Source of the DNA: Chiloscyllium plagiosum
Lineage: Eukaryota
Assembly (NCBI RefSeq): GCF_004010195.1
Contig: NC_057718.1
Location: 91,936,892-92,000,891, forward strand
Direction of reading: 5' to 3'
DNA: 64,000 nucleotides
Shown: positions 1 to 13,430 of the stretch, piece after piece
How positions within the stretch are numbered: the first letter of the stretch is position 1
Layout of the letters: every line of letters begins with the position of its first letter
Position numbers and translations under genes: made by a program
The notes under the pieces: generated by a model
Seen by the model: the letters and a program-made list of their open reading frames with translations, nothing else
Databases searched by the model: none
What the model was told of the DNA's origin: nothing

Positions 1-320
1 TTGACAGTGAAGACGAAAAGATCATTGCCAACGGTAATGCAATTTCCTCTCTTGCTTCCCACATAATCCTAGGATATATCCCATCAGGCCCGGGGGACTT
101 ATCTATCCTCAAGTTGTTCAAAATGTCCAACACATCTTCCTTCCCAACATGTATCTCCTCTAGCTTACCAGTCCGTTTCACACTCTCCTCTTCAACAATA
201 CGGTTCCTCTCATTCATAAATACTGAAGAAAAGTACTCATTCAAGACCTCTCATATCTCTTCCGACTCAATACACAGTCTCCCACTACTGTCCTTGATTT
301 GACCTACCCTCGTTCTCGTC
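1..320 (-). mobile_element. CR1 LINE ORF2 fragment
   Basis: Reverse complement resembles the CR1 segment upstream of the RT core; compare 10780-11090 and 28400-28600. Confidence 0.7.
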
Positions 321-449
321 ATAAAGGTTGTCCTTGTAAATTATAGAAATCCCATTGCCTGACAGTGAACCAAACATTTTTTTTCATTATTTCAGTTAAA
401 GAGCAATATTAAAAGGAAAGTGTGTGTCTTGGCTGGTGCTTGAGAGATG

Positions 450-2250
450 AAGAATTGCAAACATTATGTCCTTGTTCAAAAGAGGTCACAGAGATTGGTC
501 GGCAATTGCAGGACTTGGGCAATGAGTTAAAATATTCAGAGAGCCAGTGCAGGCATTAAGAGGCAATGGTCTCCTTCTGCACCATAACAACTGTAGCTCT
601 AAGTGTCTTCATTCAGTGCTAATGGCCCTTGTCTCTGAGTCAGTTGCTTATTGATTTAAGTCTTAATCTGGACTGTCTCAGCAGGAAGAAATTAAATTTA
701 TCCATCGGATCCCTGGCTTAAATGTCGATGGTTAGCCTGTCAGCCTAACTTAGGTGGTAGGGATCATTTCTGGAAACAATTATTGAGGATAGAAATAAAG
801 TTACAGAAAGAATGTGGGTTGATTCATTAGAATTCAGCATGGATTTGATAAGACAAACTCATGTCCACTTAATGTCCTGGAGACTTTTTGATGAAGTAAC
901 AGAGGGTTGATGAGGCCAAGGCTGTGGACGTGCATAAAATTCCAAAAGGCACGCAATACAGTGCCACACAACAGACTAGAGAGAAAAGTTTAAGTCACGA
1001 AATACAAGGGACAGTAGCATTGTGGATACTAAACTGGTTGACTGATAGGAAACAGACATAACTTAATGGGCATTGTTTGGGCTGAAAAATTTGTTATGGA
1101 GTTCCCAGAGTTCAGCATTGGAAACTTCATTTTTCCTGATAATATAAATGACTGTGATGTTGATGTGCAGAGACATAGGCTTAGCTGGGATCACCATCAA
1201 CAGTTATGCCAAGGGAACCCATAAATAAATTTAATTTCTTTCTTCCTGCTTACACTGTCTGGATTGGGACTTAAATCAATAAGCAACTGACTTAGAGACA
1301 GGACTATTACCACTGATAGAAGACACATGGAGCCACAGTTGTTAGGGTGCGGGAGGAGGCCATTGATCCATTATGCCTGCACTGGCTCTCTGAGGATTTT
1401 AACTTATTGCCCATGCCCTGCAATGTTTGACAATTTTAAAGTTAGCAGATGACAAAAAAAAGTGAGAATCTTAATCAGAACTGGCTATCGTGGAAAACTT
1501 CAAAAAGGACATTTACATGGGTGGAGTGGGCAGACAAGTGGCAGATAAAGTTTAATATAGAAAAGTGAGAGATGCACTTTGATATAAAAAACATGAAGAG
1601 ATAGTATAAAATAAAGGGTATGATTCTAAAGGGTGTGCACGAGCAGAGAAACCCTGGTGTATATGTATACAGGTCTTTAAATGGCAGCAGGGCAGATAGT
1701 GATTGCTGTTAAGAAAGGATTAAGTACAGAGTGCAAAAGCAGGGAGCTGAATGACAAACTTAAATAGGTTATTGGTTAGACCATTACTGAAGTAATATGT
1801 GCAGGTCTGGATTCCATATAATAGGATGTGAATGCACTGGAGAGAGTGCAGAATAGGTTTCCGTGAATAGTTCCAGCAATGAGACCCTTCAGATACAATA
1901 CAGAATTGGGATTATTTTTCTCGGCAAGAAGGCAAAGAGGAGATTTAATAAAAGTTTTCAAGATCTTGAGCCTGGATGAAGTAAACAGGCAGAAAATTCC
2001 CTTTTGTAAATAGAACAAAGTAAGAGGGTAGAATGAACTTTTTCACAGTGAGCCTGGAACGCACTTCCTAAATAAAAATGGTGGAGACAGGTTCAATTAA
2101 GGCATTCAAGAGGGCATTATTGCTAATTTTAGAATATCATCCAATGTGCAGGGTTACAGGGCAAATGGGCAGGACATGTGCATTAAGTTAAAATGTTCAG
2201 AGAGCCAGTGCAGACATGATGGGCCAATGGCCTTCTGTAACAACGGTAAC
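450..2250 (+). mobile_element. Old degenerate CR1 LINE (RT core to 3' tail), interrupted by two approximately 240-bp inserts
   Basis: Decayed GNYRPVSL, QHGF, GVPQ, KFADD, YCVQFW and CR1 3' tail motifs occur in the expected order. Confidence 0.8.
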
Positions 2251-3321
2251 TCTGAGTGTCTTCATTCAGTGGTAATAGTCCTGTCTCCAACTCAGTTGAT
2301 TATTGATTCAAGTTCATTTCCAGACAGTTTAAACAGGAAGAAAGAAATCAAATTTACCTGGGGGATCCCTCCGTATTGGTGAACCCAGCTAAACTAGGTA
2401 GGTTCATCCAGCAACCAATTTTAATTGGCTTGAGGTGGAATTCTGCTTCTATTGGAGAGGAGTCCCTCGCCAATCAAATGGTCAGCAGGTGTCGTCCCAG
2501 CAGCACAACTGGCAGAAGTGTTCATTGCTAAAACTGAAGCAATCCCAATAATGAGCAACGTTAGAGCTGGACTTACAGGTTAGTCCAATCTGCAGGGTTA
2601 AATACGTAAGAGGGGAGAGCTCCAATGGGCATAGGTGCCTAACCCAAAAAAAACACACATCCATGCTTCCACTCTTGCTGTTAATCCACCACCAGCTGGC
2701 TAAAAATTTCAGCTCTGATTTCCAAACACCAACTTGACATTTTTCTAGCAAGCCACTGACACCTAATGGGAGCAAAATGGCAAATAGCTAATTCTTCAAC
2801 TGAATAATGGAGAGTTTGGCCAAGCCTGAATCTCTATAAAAGATCCAAATTAGTTACAGAAACAAGCTAGAACACAATTTGCAAGGGTGAAAAGCTGTGA
2901 AAGAACAGTGTAGAGGGCATTTTTTTGAAGTTGCAACTGAGCTTTAATAGTCGTAAGTACTGCATTCATAAACATCAAGTGAATAAAAATTCCTCTTGTA
3001 ATGAAACATATCTCGCCCATTAAACTAAAAAAATCAACACTTAATACAAAATAACTTCAAAACTGCACCAATACTCTTCTGAATTAGGGGTATCAATGGT
3101 TGAAACATTTGCACAGGTACTCAAACCCAGTGCTGAACAGCTTTAAATGCCCTCTTATACAATGACCTTGGTTTTGAGATATAATATTTCTATCTGAATG
3201 CCGCTGCTCAAATGAGCACAAAATTTTAAAATAATGTCCACAACTTCATGTTAGAGGCCTACAGGCAACACCACAATATTAAAATCAGCAGCAGAAACAT
3301 TACAAAATCAACTGTACATTA

Positions 3322-3535
3322 GGAGGGGGGGGGGTTGCAGAAAACAATGAGGGAGGTGCGGTAAAGGGGGAGAGGGGGAGGGAGCGAGAGAGGGGGAACA
3401 GGGATAGATACACATACCGAGAACAGTGTGGACATCCCGAGGTGAGAGAAACAGAAGAAGAGGAAAAAGGACAGAGAGCAAGAGAGGGGGTGTGGGGGAG
3501 AGAGGGAGGGATGGAGCGAAAGAGAAAGAGATAGC
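3322..3535. repeat. Purine-rich (GA) low-complexity tract
   Basis: G/A-rich degenerate repeats. Confidence 0.8.
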
Positions 3536-3540
3536 ATTCT

Positions 3541-4815
3541 TGTCAAGTACAAGTTGGGCTACAAAATAAACTGCAGAGAAAATCCAAAATTATAAAACCT
3601 TTTGTTACATCTTTATGGGCTAGCACACTAGAAATCAAGCCCTTCTATCCCCAGTACTTAAAAATGTTCAATATTAATAATCCACTCAAAATCCTTTTTA
3701 CACATGCATACATTACAACAAATGGACGTTATGTATGGAGAGAAAGACTGGTAAGGCAGTTCAGTGACCCCTAGCCAAAGGATTTAGTGAGATGATCCTT
3801 CTGATCAGAATACTGCTTCTTGATCTTCCTTTTTCAGGTACATTCATTTTTTGCAGGAAGCACAGGGTGACTAGTTCTCACTTACAAAGATGTATGACAT
3901 CAATTAAAAGCCACAGCCTCCAGAAACTGATTATGAGAAATCGGATGCCTGCTGCCAACCAAATCTTCATTCTTACAGAGTCTCCTGACTTGACCTCATC
4001 TCTAACTGGGGTTTCTCCACTGCTTGAACCAATAGCTATGTAAACAACACTTACAGAGTGCAGGTCATTGTTCCTTAGAAGTGAAGTCCCAGGTAGATAG
4101 AATAGTGAAGTCAGCGTTTTGCATGCTTGCCTTTATTGTACAATGCATTGGATATAGGAGGTAGGAGTTGTGGCTGTACAGGACATTGGTTAGGCCACTT
4201 CTGCATTCAATTTTCATCTCCCTGCTATGGGAAGGATGTTGTGAAACTTGAAAGGGTTTAGAAAAAGTTTACTAAGAATGTTGCCAGGGTTGGAGGGTTT
4301 GAGCTATGGGGAGACACTGAATCGGCTGGGGCTATTTTCGCTGGAGCATCAAGGTTTATAAAACCATGAGGGGCATGGATTTGGTAAATAAACAAAGTCT
4401 TTTCTCCAAGGCATAGGTTGAAGGTGAGAGGAAAAAGATTTAAAATGGATCTAAGGAGCAACTTTTTCACACAGAAAGTGGTGCACATATGGAATAAGCT
4501 GCCAGAGGAAGCGGAGGAGGCTGGTGTGATTACAATATTAAAAAAAGCATCTGGATGGATATCTGAATAGGAAGGGTTTAAGAGGGGTTTTGGGCCAAAT
4601 GCTGTCAAATGGGACTAGATTTATTTAGGATATCCGGTCAACATGGACAAGTTGAACCAAAGGATCTGTTTCCACGTGTACAGCTCGATGAGTCTATAAT
4701 TTGCTTTAGAAAAAGTGCAGCAATCCTTCAATAAATCTTGGCTTTAAATCTAGTTCTCACCTCATTTCACTCCACAACCAAAAGTACAGAATAATGAAAC
4801 ATTACAGTCTTTATT
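3541..4815. mobile_element. Degenerate solo-LTR-like repeat, interrupted by a CR1 3' fragment
   Basis: Begins TGTCA. Segment 4701-4813 is similar to 55793-55902 (ttgcttt..aaa..gcaatccttcaat..ggcttt..aaaa.tacaga..gtcttta). Confidence 0.45.
4058..4700 (+). mobile_element. 5'-truncated CR1 (HER1-like) LINE 3' end
   Basis: Similar to 24705-25305 and 61935-62627 (ORF2 C-terminus and 3' UTR). Confidence 0.9.
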
Positions 4816-5619
4816 CTTTTTACTAAGTCACCTGAGCTACTGTGTTTGTAACATTTTCAGAGACCAGCTCAAAACTACTCAGCTATGGCTTCCAGATACA
4901 GAATTCTACCACTGGCATCAAAGTCACAAACTAGAATTCAACTGAGTTAAACAAGAATCACTGGAATTAAACTTTCTTTCCCAAACTTGTCCATATGGAA
5001 ATTCACACATTAGTAATTTCAAAACACAAGAATTGATAATTATTTAAATTTATTGTGCAGAAATAAATTGCACTGGTGAAACTTTTATTTTAACCTCCAA
5101 GTAACAGGATTCTATTATCACTTTAGAACAATCGTAAAGGTGGCAGTCATTGATAACTGGTCACTAGTCTATGGACTAATTCACGACTGATTCCTATCAC
5201 AGCATCATTTGTACACACCCTCAGCTCTAGTTTGTCTGCAACCTCACTTCAAATACTCTGCATATTCAAACAGCAACATAAACAATGCTTGCCATAACTG
5301 CCAACTGATTCATTTTTCCAAAACATACAGCAATCCTCATAAGTTACTGGTTTCAATAAGTTCTCTCTTTTCAATCCACAATTTTTTTTTTTAAGAAGCA
5401 CAATTTAAACGTCATGATTGTTTCCAACTTTGTTTTCCATTAACTTTGGTTCTTCTTGAAAATTGTCCTGATCAGTGAAAAATGACAAGCTTCAACAATA
5501 TGTCTTTTTCAGGAATACTTAACACAGTGATTTCAAATCATCAGCTGCCGAAATGGGTCGCCATATTGCAAAAAATTGAGGTAATTTTTGTCAGAAGAAT
5601 CAATACATAATAACTAGTG

Positions 5620-6400
5620 CAATTTTAAAGGGGTGGGTTGCAATCTAAGAGAGAGAATCCTAAAGATGCTTGTGCACGAATCTTTGAAGTGGCGGGACAG
5701 GTTAAGAAAACAAAAAACAGCTTACTGAATATTGGGCTTTACAAATAGGGCCACAGACTACAAAAACTGGGAAATTATGTCAAATTTATATTAAGCACAA
5801 GTTCAAAGGTTCAAACCCAGCAAATGTTTTGCGCCCAATTCGGAGCACAACATCTAGAAAGGATGTGAAGGCTTGAAAGTGACAGAAGAATTTTCTACAA
5901 TGGTTCCAAGGATGAAAGGTCACTTTCTCTGCTCAAAGGCCACAGTAAACAGATAAATAGTTTCTGAAAGGTCAATAATTAAAAAGAAAGAATTTGGGTT
6001 TAAAAATAATCAAGTAACACAAGGAAAATAAAAATATCCTACGTGCACACACATCTGTATTTGGTATGCCCAGCCTAACAGGTGGTGGATACAGATTCAT
6101 CTATGCCTTTCAAAACAGAATGGGATAATTTCATGAAGGAGAACGGGTTACAAAGATATGGAGAAAGACTAGCAACATGGGAGTAACTGGATTGCTTGTC
6201 AAGAGAATTAGTGTAGATTCAATTCGCAGTGGTCACCTTCTATACTTCACCTGACGAAGGGGCAGTGCTCCGAAAGCTGGTGATTTCAAATAACGTTGGA
6301 TTATAACCTGATGTCGTGTGACTTCTGACCTTGTCCATCCCAGTCCAACACTCGCATGTCCACATCAGACCTTCTGTACTGTTCACTCTGAACAATTCTG
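5620..6400 (+). mobile_element. Old CR1 3' fragment
   Basis: Decayed ORF2 C-terminus and tail; hosts the 6247-6368 insert. Confidence 0.6.
6247..6368 (+). mobile_element. Short Penelope-derived insertion with a hammerhead motif
   Basis: tcac-CTGACGA-aggggc-agt-gctcc-GAAA-gct-g-gtga. TSD accttctatact (6235-6246) / accttctgtact (6369-6380). Confidence 0.75.
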
Positions 6401-6679
6401 CTCTACTATTTCAAACTCAAGCTGGCTTTCCTGTGGGATGATCCAGCTATTCATCTCTCCATTGCCCTTCCAATTACTCAAATTAGTACCAAAGCCCACT
6501 CACCATTTGCCTTTTTCAACAGCATACACCATCAAAACCACCAGGGTCACCTAGCTCCTGACCTCATGATAGCCTTATTCAAGATGAGACCATTCACAAC
6601 CCTCTCCAGCTTTTCATCAATGACCTTTGATCCATCAAAGCCAGCTGTTCACTTATAAACTTGCAGTGTTAGCACCATT

Positions 6680-7570
6680 CACAACTCTTCAGACACTGAA
6701 ACAGTCCGTGTCCACATTCATTAAGACCTGGACAGCATTCAGACTTGAGCTAATAAAAGTCAAGTGACATTTCTGGTACACAACTGCCAGACAATGAACA
6801 CTGCCAGTAAGTCTCACTAACCCCTGTTGATGATAAATGGGAATACCATTGAGTCCCTACCATCAACATCCTGGGGTTTACGAGGTAAAAACAATTCCTG
6901 ATGAAGGGCTTTTGCCCAAAATGTCGATTTCGAAGCCCCTTGGATGCTGCCTGAACTGCTGTGCTCTTCCAGCACCACTAATCCAGATCCTGGGGCTTAC
7001 CATCAACCAGAAACTGAACTGGACAAGCCATTTAAATACTGTGGTTACACAAATATGATTGAGAATTCTAAGGCAAGTAACTCAAGTGCCAGCTCCCAAA
7101 TGTCTGCTTTCAGTTTACAAGGCACAAGTGAACAGCATGATAGCATACTGCGCGGGTGGCTGTGGCTTCAGTAACACGTGAAGCTCAACACCATCTGACA
7201 TAAGATAGCCATCCACTCCATTCACCACCAATGGCAGCCATACAGAATGCACTGCCACAATACTCTAGTGCTCTTCCAACAGCATCTTACAAACCCACAC
7301 TTCCAAATCACCTAGAAGAAAGTACAGTGGATACATTGAAACACCAGCTGCAAGTTCCACTTGAAGTCTTACATTAACCAGAGCTAGAATTACATCATTG
7401 TTCTTTCACTGTCACTGCATCAAAATCCTGGAAATTCTTCCCTAACAGCACCATGCATATGCCTAAACGCCACATGGGCTGCAGATCAAGGCAGTATCTC
7501 ACCACCACCATCATAGGGGAAATTCAGGGATGGGCAAGAAATTTTGGCTTTGCCAGCAACCCCACATCCA
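6680..7570 (+). mobile_element. CR1-group LINE of a second family, 3' part
   Basis: Decayed QDLDNIQAW..KWQVTF..HKCQ-type RT C-terminus. Same family as 15165-16885 (-) and 13790-13900 (-). Confidence 0.65.
6882..6986 (+). mobile_element. 105-bp Penelope-derived insertion with a degenerate hammerhead motif
   Basis: attc-CTGATGA-agggc-tttt-gccc-AAAA-tgtc. 14-bp TSD atcctggggtttac (6868-6881) / atcctggggcttac (6987-7000). Confidence 0.8.
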
Positions 7571-8489
7571 ATGAAGGTGGTGGATTGAGGAGGGTCAGAC
7601 TATCAGAAAAATATACAGAAATAACAACATATATAACCGCTCTGATTTACTTATGGACAGAGTCCAACTGGGAATCCTCATTTTCATTGATTTCAGTAAT
7701 ACTTAATAATTCTACAACTTAGACAAATGGGTGAGGGCACAGAAACAACTTAAAAGTGGGTATGAAAGACAGAAAAAGAGATGGAGAGACAGCACAGGAA
7801 CGAAAGGCAGAGACACAGAGCTGAGATGAGAAGACTAAATAGGTGAGAATAAAAGGGGACAAAAATCCTTTATGAAAGTTGTGAAAATGAATCTATTAAG
7901 GAGACAAAACACTAAAATAGGCAAGAAAAAGGGAAAGAATTGACATTATTGACAAGGGAACAAACGAGGAAACAAAAGCAATGGACCATGTTGTGAGTTA
8001 GATGAGTTAGGGAAATTTGGCAAAGAGAGTGAATGAGCAGCAAATGAAACTGGTCACAACAGAGGACTATATATTTCTTTAGATTAAAGAGCTAGTAAAT
8101 TGAAATGACCTTTCAAAACCTGTGCTCCATTACCAATGAAACCTTAATATCGCTTAATGATAAAATAAGCAGTCAATACTAAATAACATGCTTGAAAGTC
8201 AAGTTGCTGAAAGAGGTCAGCAATCTCATAGGAAAAACAAATACCAAAGCTTTCATCTGCCAATCTTGAACAGTAACATGATAAATTACCAGTTAAACGT
8301 GACTTTCCAATGTCCTGGTTTTATCACATTAAATGATTACAGTTTAAACTTGTTCAAGGAACTTCACTTTTGTTTAATTAACAATTTGGAACTATATCAG
8401 GTAGACTGATGGAGGATTTAGAAAGTTTTAAAATACACATCGTCTACAAAAGAGGCCTTATAAAGTCATATGTAGAATTTTAAAATGAT

Positions 8490-9127
8490 GGAATCATCAA
8501 ATTTTACAGTGCAGAAGGAAGCCATTCAACTCAATGTCTGTACCAGCTCCCTGCCAGTCCCAGTCTCCAGCCTTCTCTCTGTAGCCCTCTAATTTAATCA
8601 CTTTCAAATATATATCCAACTCTCTTTTGAAACCTCCAATGGAATCTGCCTCCACCACTGTCCCAGGAAGCACATTCCAAATCCAAACAACCCTGACTAA
8701 AGTTTCTTCTCATCCCACTCCTAGCTCTCTTGCTAATAATCTTGAAATTGTGACTCCAAGCTACTGACAAAAGATGATATTATATAACCAGTTGACTATG
8801 CCAACACTCAATCCTGCTTTGCCACTTAAGATAATGGTTTATCTCTTTGAGGTTGCAACTATTTATTATCACTTACACCAGATAACCCTCAAATTGTTCT
8901 TTTCAGTCAAGAATCTACCTCCCTTTGTCTTAAAACTAATCTATGAAGCTGCCTCTACCACACTCGAGGTAAGAGTGTCCAAAGACTCTCAACACTGAGA
9001 AGAACATTTTTACTTATGATGGAGAGGAGAAAAAGAACCCTATTTTTAAACTGTGTTCCCTAGTTCTCATCTCCCCATTACAGGAACCATTAATGTAGCA
9101 TCTACCCTGTCAAGTTCGCTCAGGATT
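8490..9127 (-). mobile_element. Old CR1 3' tail fragments
   Basis: Typical reverse-complement CR1 tail (gaaggaagccattc..., tctaccctgtcaag). Confidence 0.6.
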
Positions 9128-9404
9128 GCAAAGGCTCATTATAACTTGTTTGGAAACTTCGGTTCTAAAGCGGATGAAAGACTGATTTGGATTCGCAGTT
9201 GCTTCGAAGAAAATCCCAGAAGTAGAGGCTGTGGAGATGTCAAAGGAGGCATCATACAAATCTGTTGAAGAAATGAGTTTAAGGAACACATGCTCAGCAG
9301 CAGTAGTGAGATGAGCTCGCAGCTTGATAAAGGTCTCGGGCAAAGAAATTAATTGCAGAAAATAACACTAAGTTAATGCACAGAAACTTGCTGAAGAGGA
9401 AGTT

Positions 9405-11092
9405 CATCATCATCATCATCCGCGTGTTTATCCAAATATTGTTTAATGTGGCTGAGATAACGACATTGGCAGGCAGGGCATTCCATGCCCTTACCACTCT
9501 GAGTAAAGAACCTGTCTCTGACACCTGTCTTAAATCTATCACCCCTCAATTTGCAGCTATGCCCTTCATACAAGCTGATGTCGTCATGTTAGGAAACAAA
9601 ACCTTCACTGTCTACCCTATCTAATCCTCTGAGCATCTCATATGTCTCTATCAAATCCCCTCTTAGTCTTCTTCTTTCCAATGAGAACAGACCCAAGTCT
9701 CTTAGCCTTTCCTCATAAGACATTCCCCCTCCAGACCAGGCAACATCCTGTTAAGTCTCCTCTGCACTTTTTCCAATGCTTCCACATCCTTCCTGTAATG
9801 GAGCAACCAGAACTGTACACAATATTCAAAGTGCGGCCACAATCGCATTTCGTTTAGTTGCAGCATGACATTACGGCTCCAGAACTCAATCCCTCTACCA
9901 ATAAAACCTAACACACCGTATGCATTCTTAACAGCAATATTAACCTGGGTGGCAACTTTCAGGGATCTACGTACACGGACTCCAAGATCCCTCTGCACAT
10001 CCACAATACCAAGAATCTTTCCATTGACCCAGTTTTCTGCCTTCCTGTTATTCTTCCCAAAGTGAATCACCTCACATTTAGCTGCATTGAACTCCATTTG
10101 CCACCTCTCAGCCCAATTCTGCAATTTATCCAAATCGCCCTGCAACCTGCAACATTCTTCCACACTGTCCACCACTCCACCGACTTTAGTGTCATCTGAA
10201 AACTTACTAACCCATCCACCTTTGCCTGCGCCCAAGTCATTTATAAAAATGACAAACAGCAGTGGTCCCAAAACAGATCCTTCTGGCACACCCTAGTCAC
10301 CAAACTCCAGGCTGAATATTTTCCATCAACCACCACTCACTGCCTTCTTACAGAAAGCCAGTTTCTAATCCAAACTGCTAAATCACCCTCAATTCCATGC
10401 CTATGCATTTTCTCAAACAGCCTACCATGTGGAACCTTATCAAAGATTTTAGTGGAAGTCCATGTACACACATCAACTACCCTGCCTTCATCCACATGCT
10501 TGGTCATGTTCTCAAAAAAGTCAATGAGGTTTGTGAGACATGACCTGCCTTTGATGAAACCATGTTGGCTATCTGCAATCAAATTGTTGGTTGCTAGATG
10601 ATTATAAATCCTCTCTTATAATCCTTTCTAAAACTTTTCCTACAACAAATATAAGGCTCACTTGTCTATAATTACCTGGGTCATTTCTACTGCCCTTCTT
10701 GAACAAGGGCATAACATTTGCAATCCTCCAGTCCTCTGGTACTAAACCTGTAGACAATGACGACTCAAAGATCAAGACCAAAGGCTCCAATATCTCCTCC
10801 CTAGCTTCCCAGAGAATCCTCCGATAAATCCCATCCGGCCAGGGGACTTGTCTACTTTCACTCCTCCTAGAATGGATAACACCCCCTCCTTACTAACCTC
10901 AAATGTTTTCTAGCCTAACATCCTGTATCTCATTCTTCTCTCCTACAATATTCTCCTTTTCCTGAGTGAAAACAGACCAGAAATATTTGTTTAGCACCTC
11001 TCCAATCTCTACAGGGTCCACACAAAACTTTCCACTTCTATCTTTGACTGGCCCGATACATACCCGAGTCATCCTTTTATTCCTCACATACC
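9405..11092 (-). mobile_element. CR1 LINE ORF2 (RT) copy, 5'-truncated, frameshifted
   Basis: ORFs 9702-10289 ([16 protein letters not shown]...KFSDDTK), 10337-10582 (QHGF..SCLTNL) and 10602-10790 (PEDWRIANV..PGNYR). Confidence 0.95.
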
Positions 11093-12620
11093 TATGTTCT
11101 ACGTATAATTGAAGCATAACCTCCCTACTTTTGTAATCAATTGCCCTCATAATAATCAATAATATTTCATCATTCCTCCCAATTGTTTGTGTTACTGCAT
11201 TCCAAACTTGTGATTCATTCACCCAGATCCCTCTGCATTTTCTCATTGTTTAGATTTTTTAAAACTCTTCCTATCAAAATGGAAAATTTCACATTTTCCC
11301 ATATTTCCTCGATTTGCCACATCTGTAAACAATCACAGGGCAGCATGGTGGACCAGTGGCCATGACTGCTGCCTCACAGCGCCAGGGACCCGGGTTCAAT
11401 TCCATCCTCAAGCAAATGTCTGTGTGGAGTTTGCACATTCTCCCCTTGTCTGCATGAGTTTTCTCCAAGTGCTCCAATTTCCTCCCACAATCCAAAGATG
11501 TGCAGGTTAGGTGGATTGGCCATGCCGAGTTGCCCACAGTGTACAAGGATGCATTGGCTATGTGGATTAGCCATGGGAAATGTAGGGTGACAGCGATAGG
11601 GCAGGTCTGGACAGGATGCTCTTTAGAAGGCCAGTGTGGATTCGATGGGCTGAATAGCCTGCTGACACACTGTAGGGATTCTATGATTCGATAATATTTC
11701 TACATCCTTATATAAGCTCCTTACGTCTCTTCACAACTTAATTTCCTACCTATCTGTGTCATCTACAAATTTAAAAACCGTAACTTCAGTGCTTTCATCC
11801 AAGTGATTAATACCAGTAGTAAACAGTTGAAGTCTCAGTATCAATCCCTGTAGCACAACCTGTAAAGATCCATCTAAATATACTCCCTGCTTCCCGTTAG
11901 CCAGTTATTCTTCTGTCCGTGTCAATATGCTATCCTCTGCACGGCAAACCTTTATTTTCCATAATAACTTTTGAAGTGGAAACTTATCAAATGCTTTCAC
12001 TAAACCACGTTAGCTTTGCATGATAACCTTGCCCATACCCAAGTGCTCTGGCACAATCTCATTAATAATAGTTTGACATTTTCCAAATCACAAATGTTAA
12101 ACTGACTGGCCTGTAGTTTATTTTCTGTTTCCCTCCTTTTTTTTTTAATGCAAGAGTTATATTTGCTACTTTCTAGTGTATTGATAACTCTCCCCATGCT
12201 GAACCAAGGAAGTTTCAAAAAAATTGAAACCAATAGATTGTCTATCTCATCAGCCATCTCTTTAAAGAGCCTAGGCACATGTTAGCCCTCAGGCCCAGCA
12301 ATTTACTCATTACCTCTTCTCTGGTAATCATGCCTCACTCCCTTTCACAGCCTTCTGGGATATTATCTTTATCCTCTATAATGAGGATGAATGCAAAATA
12401 CAAGTTCAATTGATCTATCATCTCCTTACTCACTAATTCACCTGACTTGTTCTCAATCAGACCAATGCTCACTTTATTAACTTTATAAACAAACCATAAA
12501 AAATTTTTATGTTTGTCTACTCTGGCTGTTTCTCATTTTTTAAAATTATTTTATTGCCATTCTTTGATTTTTTTTGAGCAAAATATTTTGAGCAATGTTC
12601 TGAACTGGCACCTGATTTTG
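11093..12620 (-). mobile_element. Older CR1 LINE remnant (host of an HE1 SINE)
   Basis: Decayed RT motifs; ORF 12000-12278 begins MPRLFKEMADEI. Confidence 0.7.
11338..11690 (+). mobile_element. HE1-type tRNA-derived SINE
   Basis: A-box-like head, gggacccgggttcaattcc B box, tgtgtggagtttgcacattctcccc core, CR1-like tail gtagggattctatgattc. Confidence 0.9.
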
Positions 12621-12959
12621 CACAATTAAATGCTTACTGAAGTTCTCAAGTATGAGTGTCTATTGTTGTTGCTGTGGTAATAGGTTGAACAATCCTTTCT
12701 GATCTTTGTAATTAATTTGCTTGAAATAGTCTGTGTGCAGTCTAATGCCATTTGTGCATTTCTTTTGCATAATAAACTTCTTTGTTTCTGTTAAAAGTAT
12801 ATTGGCAGCCTCTTGTGAATATGTTCAGTGACTGACCTCCATGGTAAACAAATGGAAAAAAATAAAACTTATGGTCTATCAATCCAGGTCTCACTTTAGG
12901 ATGCGATTTGCCCAGTATCATCATCAGTTGGGGTCATAGCAAGATTTTACATGTTGCAA

Positions 12960-13430
12960 TAAAATCCCCACTCATTCTTCAATCTCCAATGGATGTAGAC
13001 ACAACCTGTCAAACCTTTCCTCCTAAGGTCATCCTGCTAACCTAGGAGGAGTTTCTCCGAACTGCTTCTAGCACATTTGTATCCTTTCTTAAAAAAGACC
13101 AAACAGTACACAATACTTGAATGTGATCTCAATAATGACTTGTATAACTGTAACAAAATATGCCTACTTTTATTTTCACTCCTTTTGCAATAAACAGAAT
13201 TCTATTTAACTACATCACTTGTTGCACCTGCATATTAACCTCGTGAGTCATGTGCCATCACCACCAAATTTCTCTCCATTTAAAAAATATGCTTTCTGAT
13301 CTTCCTGCCCACTCAACCTATACACTTTTGACTTTTTAAGATGTATTTATAATTTGCCTTTGCAGCTATCCATGTGTGAGCAGTAAATTTTGTTGCCATA
13401 TACTTGGCCCTTTATTCCAAGTCATTGAGT
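12960..13430 (-). mobile_element. Old CR1 fragment
   Basis: Reverse complement of a decayed ORF2 C-terminus. Confidence 0.6.

Noticed and set aside
3885..4036. Minus-strand AG...GTAAGT-bounded open segment (IGSSSGETPVRDEVKSG...)
   Set aside because: No similarity to RALGAPA2 and it lies within a solo-LTR-like repeat; probably chance splice signals.
11338..11410. tRNA-like A/B boxes (also at 18219 and 52230-52300)
   Set aside because: These are SINE heads followed by SINE core and LINE tail, not tRNA genes.
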